Assembly (NCBI GenBank): GCA_963920595.1
Contig: OY986948.1
Location: 3,348,001-3,412,000, forward strand
Direction: 5' to 3'
From: Eimeria praecox
Taxonomy: Eukaryota
DNA: 64,000 bases
Part shown: piece after piece, positions 62,976 through 64,000 of the stretch
How positions within the stretch are numbered: the stretch's first letter is position 1
Layout: every line of letters begins with the position of its first letter
Made by a program: the position numbers and the translations under genes
The notes under the pieces: generated by a model
The model's database searches: none
What the model was told of the DNA's origin: nothing
What the model saw: the letters and a program-made list of their open reading frames with translations, nothing else

Positions 62976-64000
62976 GCTGTCAGAGCAAATGCTTTTTGTA
63001 TCTTTTGCATTGAAATGCACGTGCTATCGAACAGAAGTGGGCCTGGCTTCTGGCCTGTTGGAGCGGTCAAGGAACGGCGGGTGCTCAACCCCAACCTAAA
63101 AAGCTTCCTTCAGCATAGGCGTTTGATTTATAGGTGAAAACGTGACCTTGCAAAGCAGACCTGCACGACACGGGGTAGATGAGGCCAGTTCGACAGGTTT
63201 GAGTAGGGGAATGTAGCTTCACAGGTGTGGGCACATCATTACACTAGCTCTAGAGTCTGGTACAAATTTCTATTTCTCTGCTGGATGAAAATTGCAACTC
63301 CCGCCTATCGCCTTTGTATTTAACCTTATAGAAGGTCAACTATTGCAGTTTTGCTAGGCAGAATGCCTCTCGTACAGCCGGAGGTGAAGGTGCCACTGGA
63401 GTAGTCTTTCTCTGTTGCTTCAGTGCAGTTTGCGTCACATGGCATGCAATGGAATTGTCTACTCTCGTACAGTCACTTGATGCAATTATTTGCTTTGTTC
63501 CTGGTTCCGTCTACGCCGTGACTTAATGGTCGGTTCTAGAGGCGGTATATTACTTCAGATGCTGCTTTACTTGAATGCTGTCTACGCGCATCTCCTCATA
63601 TATATGCTATGGTGGTATAACCATTGGCTATCCGTTCACAGGGCCACTATCTGCACGATGGTGCGAAGCCCTGCGAGTACAGAGATGTACTTCGGTATAT
63701 ATCGGCGGTGTCTTGCTGAATGAAATCTGAAAGTTTCACGTAGGAAAGCTGGTTGATGCTCTGGCATTTTGAAGTGGGGCGAATTGTTGCAAGCAGTTGT
63801 AGGCCTGCCCGGTAAGGTATTGGGAGTTCGACAATGTAGGATAAGCTGATGACAGCTGAGTAGGACGCCAAAGGAAGTTGTGGGTGGGCGAGCTCTTTTT
63901 CTGCATTGAGAACTTGTTGCTGAAAGGCTAATCGTACGTGCGCGCGCATGATAATGCAGCAGAGCCTCATGATATAGATAGGGCATTGCGTACTTACCAA

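Noticed and set aside
1..64000. CRISPR arrays, tRNA/rRNA genes, prokaryotic operons or defence systems
   Set aside because: No repeat-spacer pattern, tRNA cloverleaf or rRNA conserved blocks were recognised by eye, and gene structure is eukaryotic. tRNAscan-SE/Infernal would be needed to exclude RNA genes formally.

Overview
Eukaryotic DNA with GT-AG introns and about 50% GC. It is most consistent with a coccidian apicomplexan of the Eimeria/Cyclospora type; this is inferred from the degenerate chromovirus-like Ty3/gypsy relics, the 1-Cys peroxiredoxin and IFT122. From left to right: (1) a weak pol relic; (2) a homogeneous G/T-skewed tandem array of a 1359-bp unit (~1.77-7.2 kb) with a rearranged 585-bp-period right edge; (3) a nearly full-length decayed Ty3/gypsy element (minus strand, ~10.4-16.2 kb); (4) FAM133-like gene; (5) two hypothetical genes; (6) a second retro-relic forming an inverted repeat (~28.0-29.7 kb); (7) class-3 lipase; (8) pICln, missed by the ORF track, head-to-head with a TDRD3/RMI1-OB-fold gene; (9) IFT122; (10) TMUB-like gene; (11) a putatively dual-acylated hypothetical protein; (12) an intronless ~810-aa protein built from 13 copies of a Trp-rich ~50-55-aa repeat that I do not recognise; (13) a 658-bp near-perfect inverted repeat enclosing back-to-back integrase/chromodomain and gag/protease relics; (14) a 1-Cys peroxiredoxin. 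The most interesting items are the Trp-repeat protein and the inverted-repeat cassette lying between it and the peroxiredoxin. Exon boundaries and identities were read by eye, not computed.
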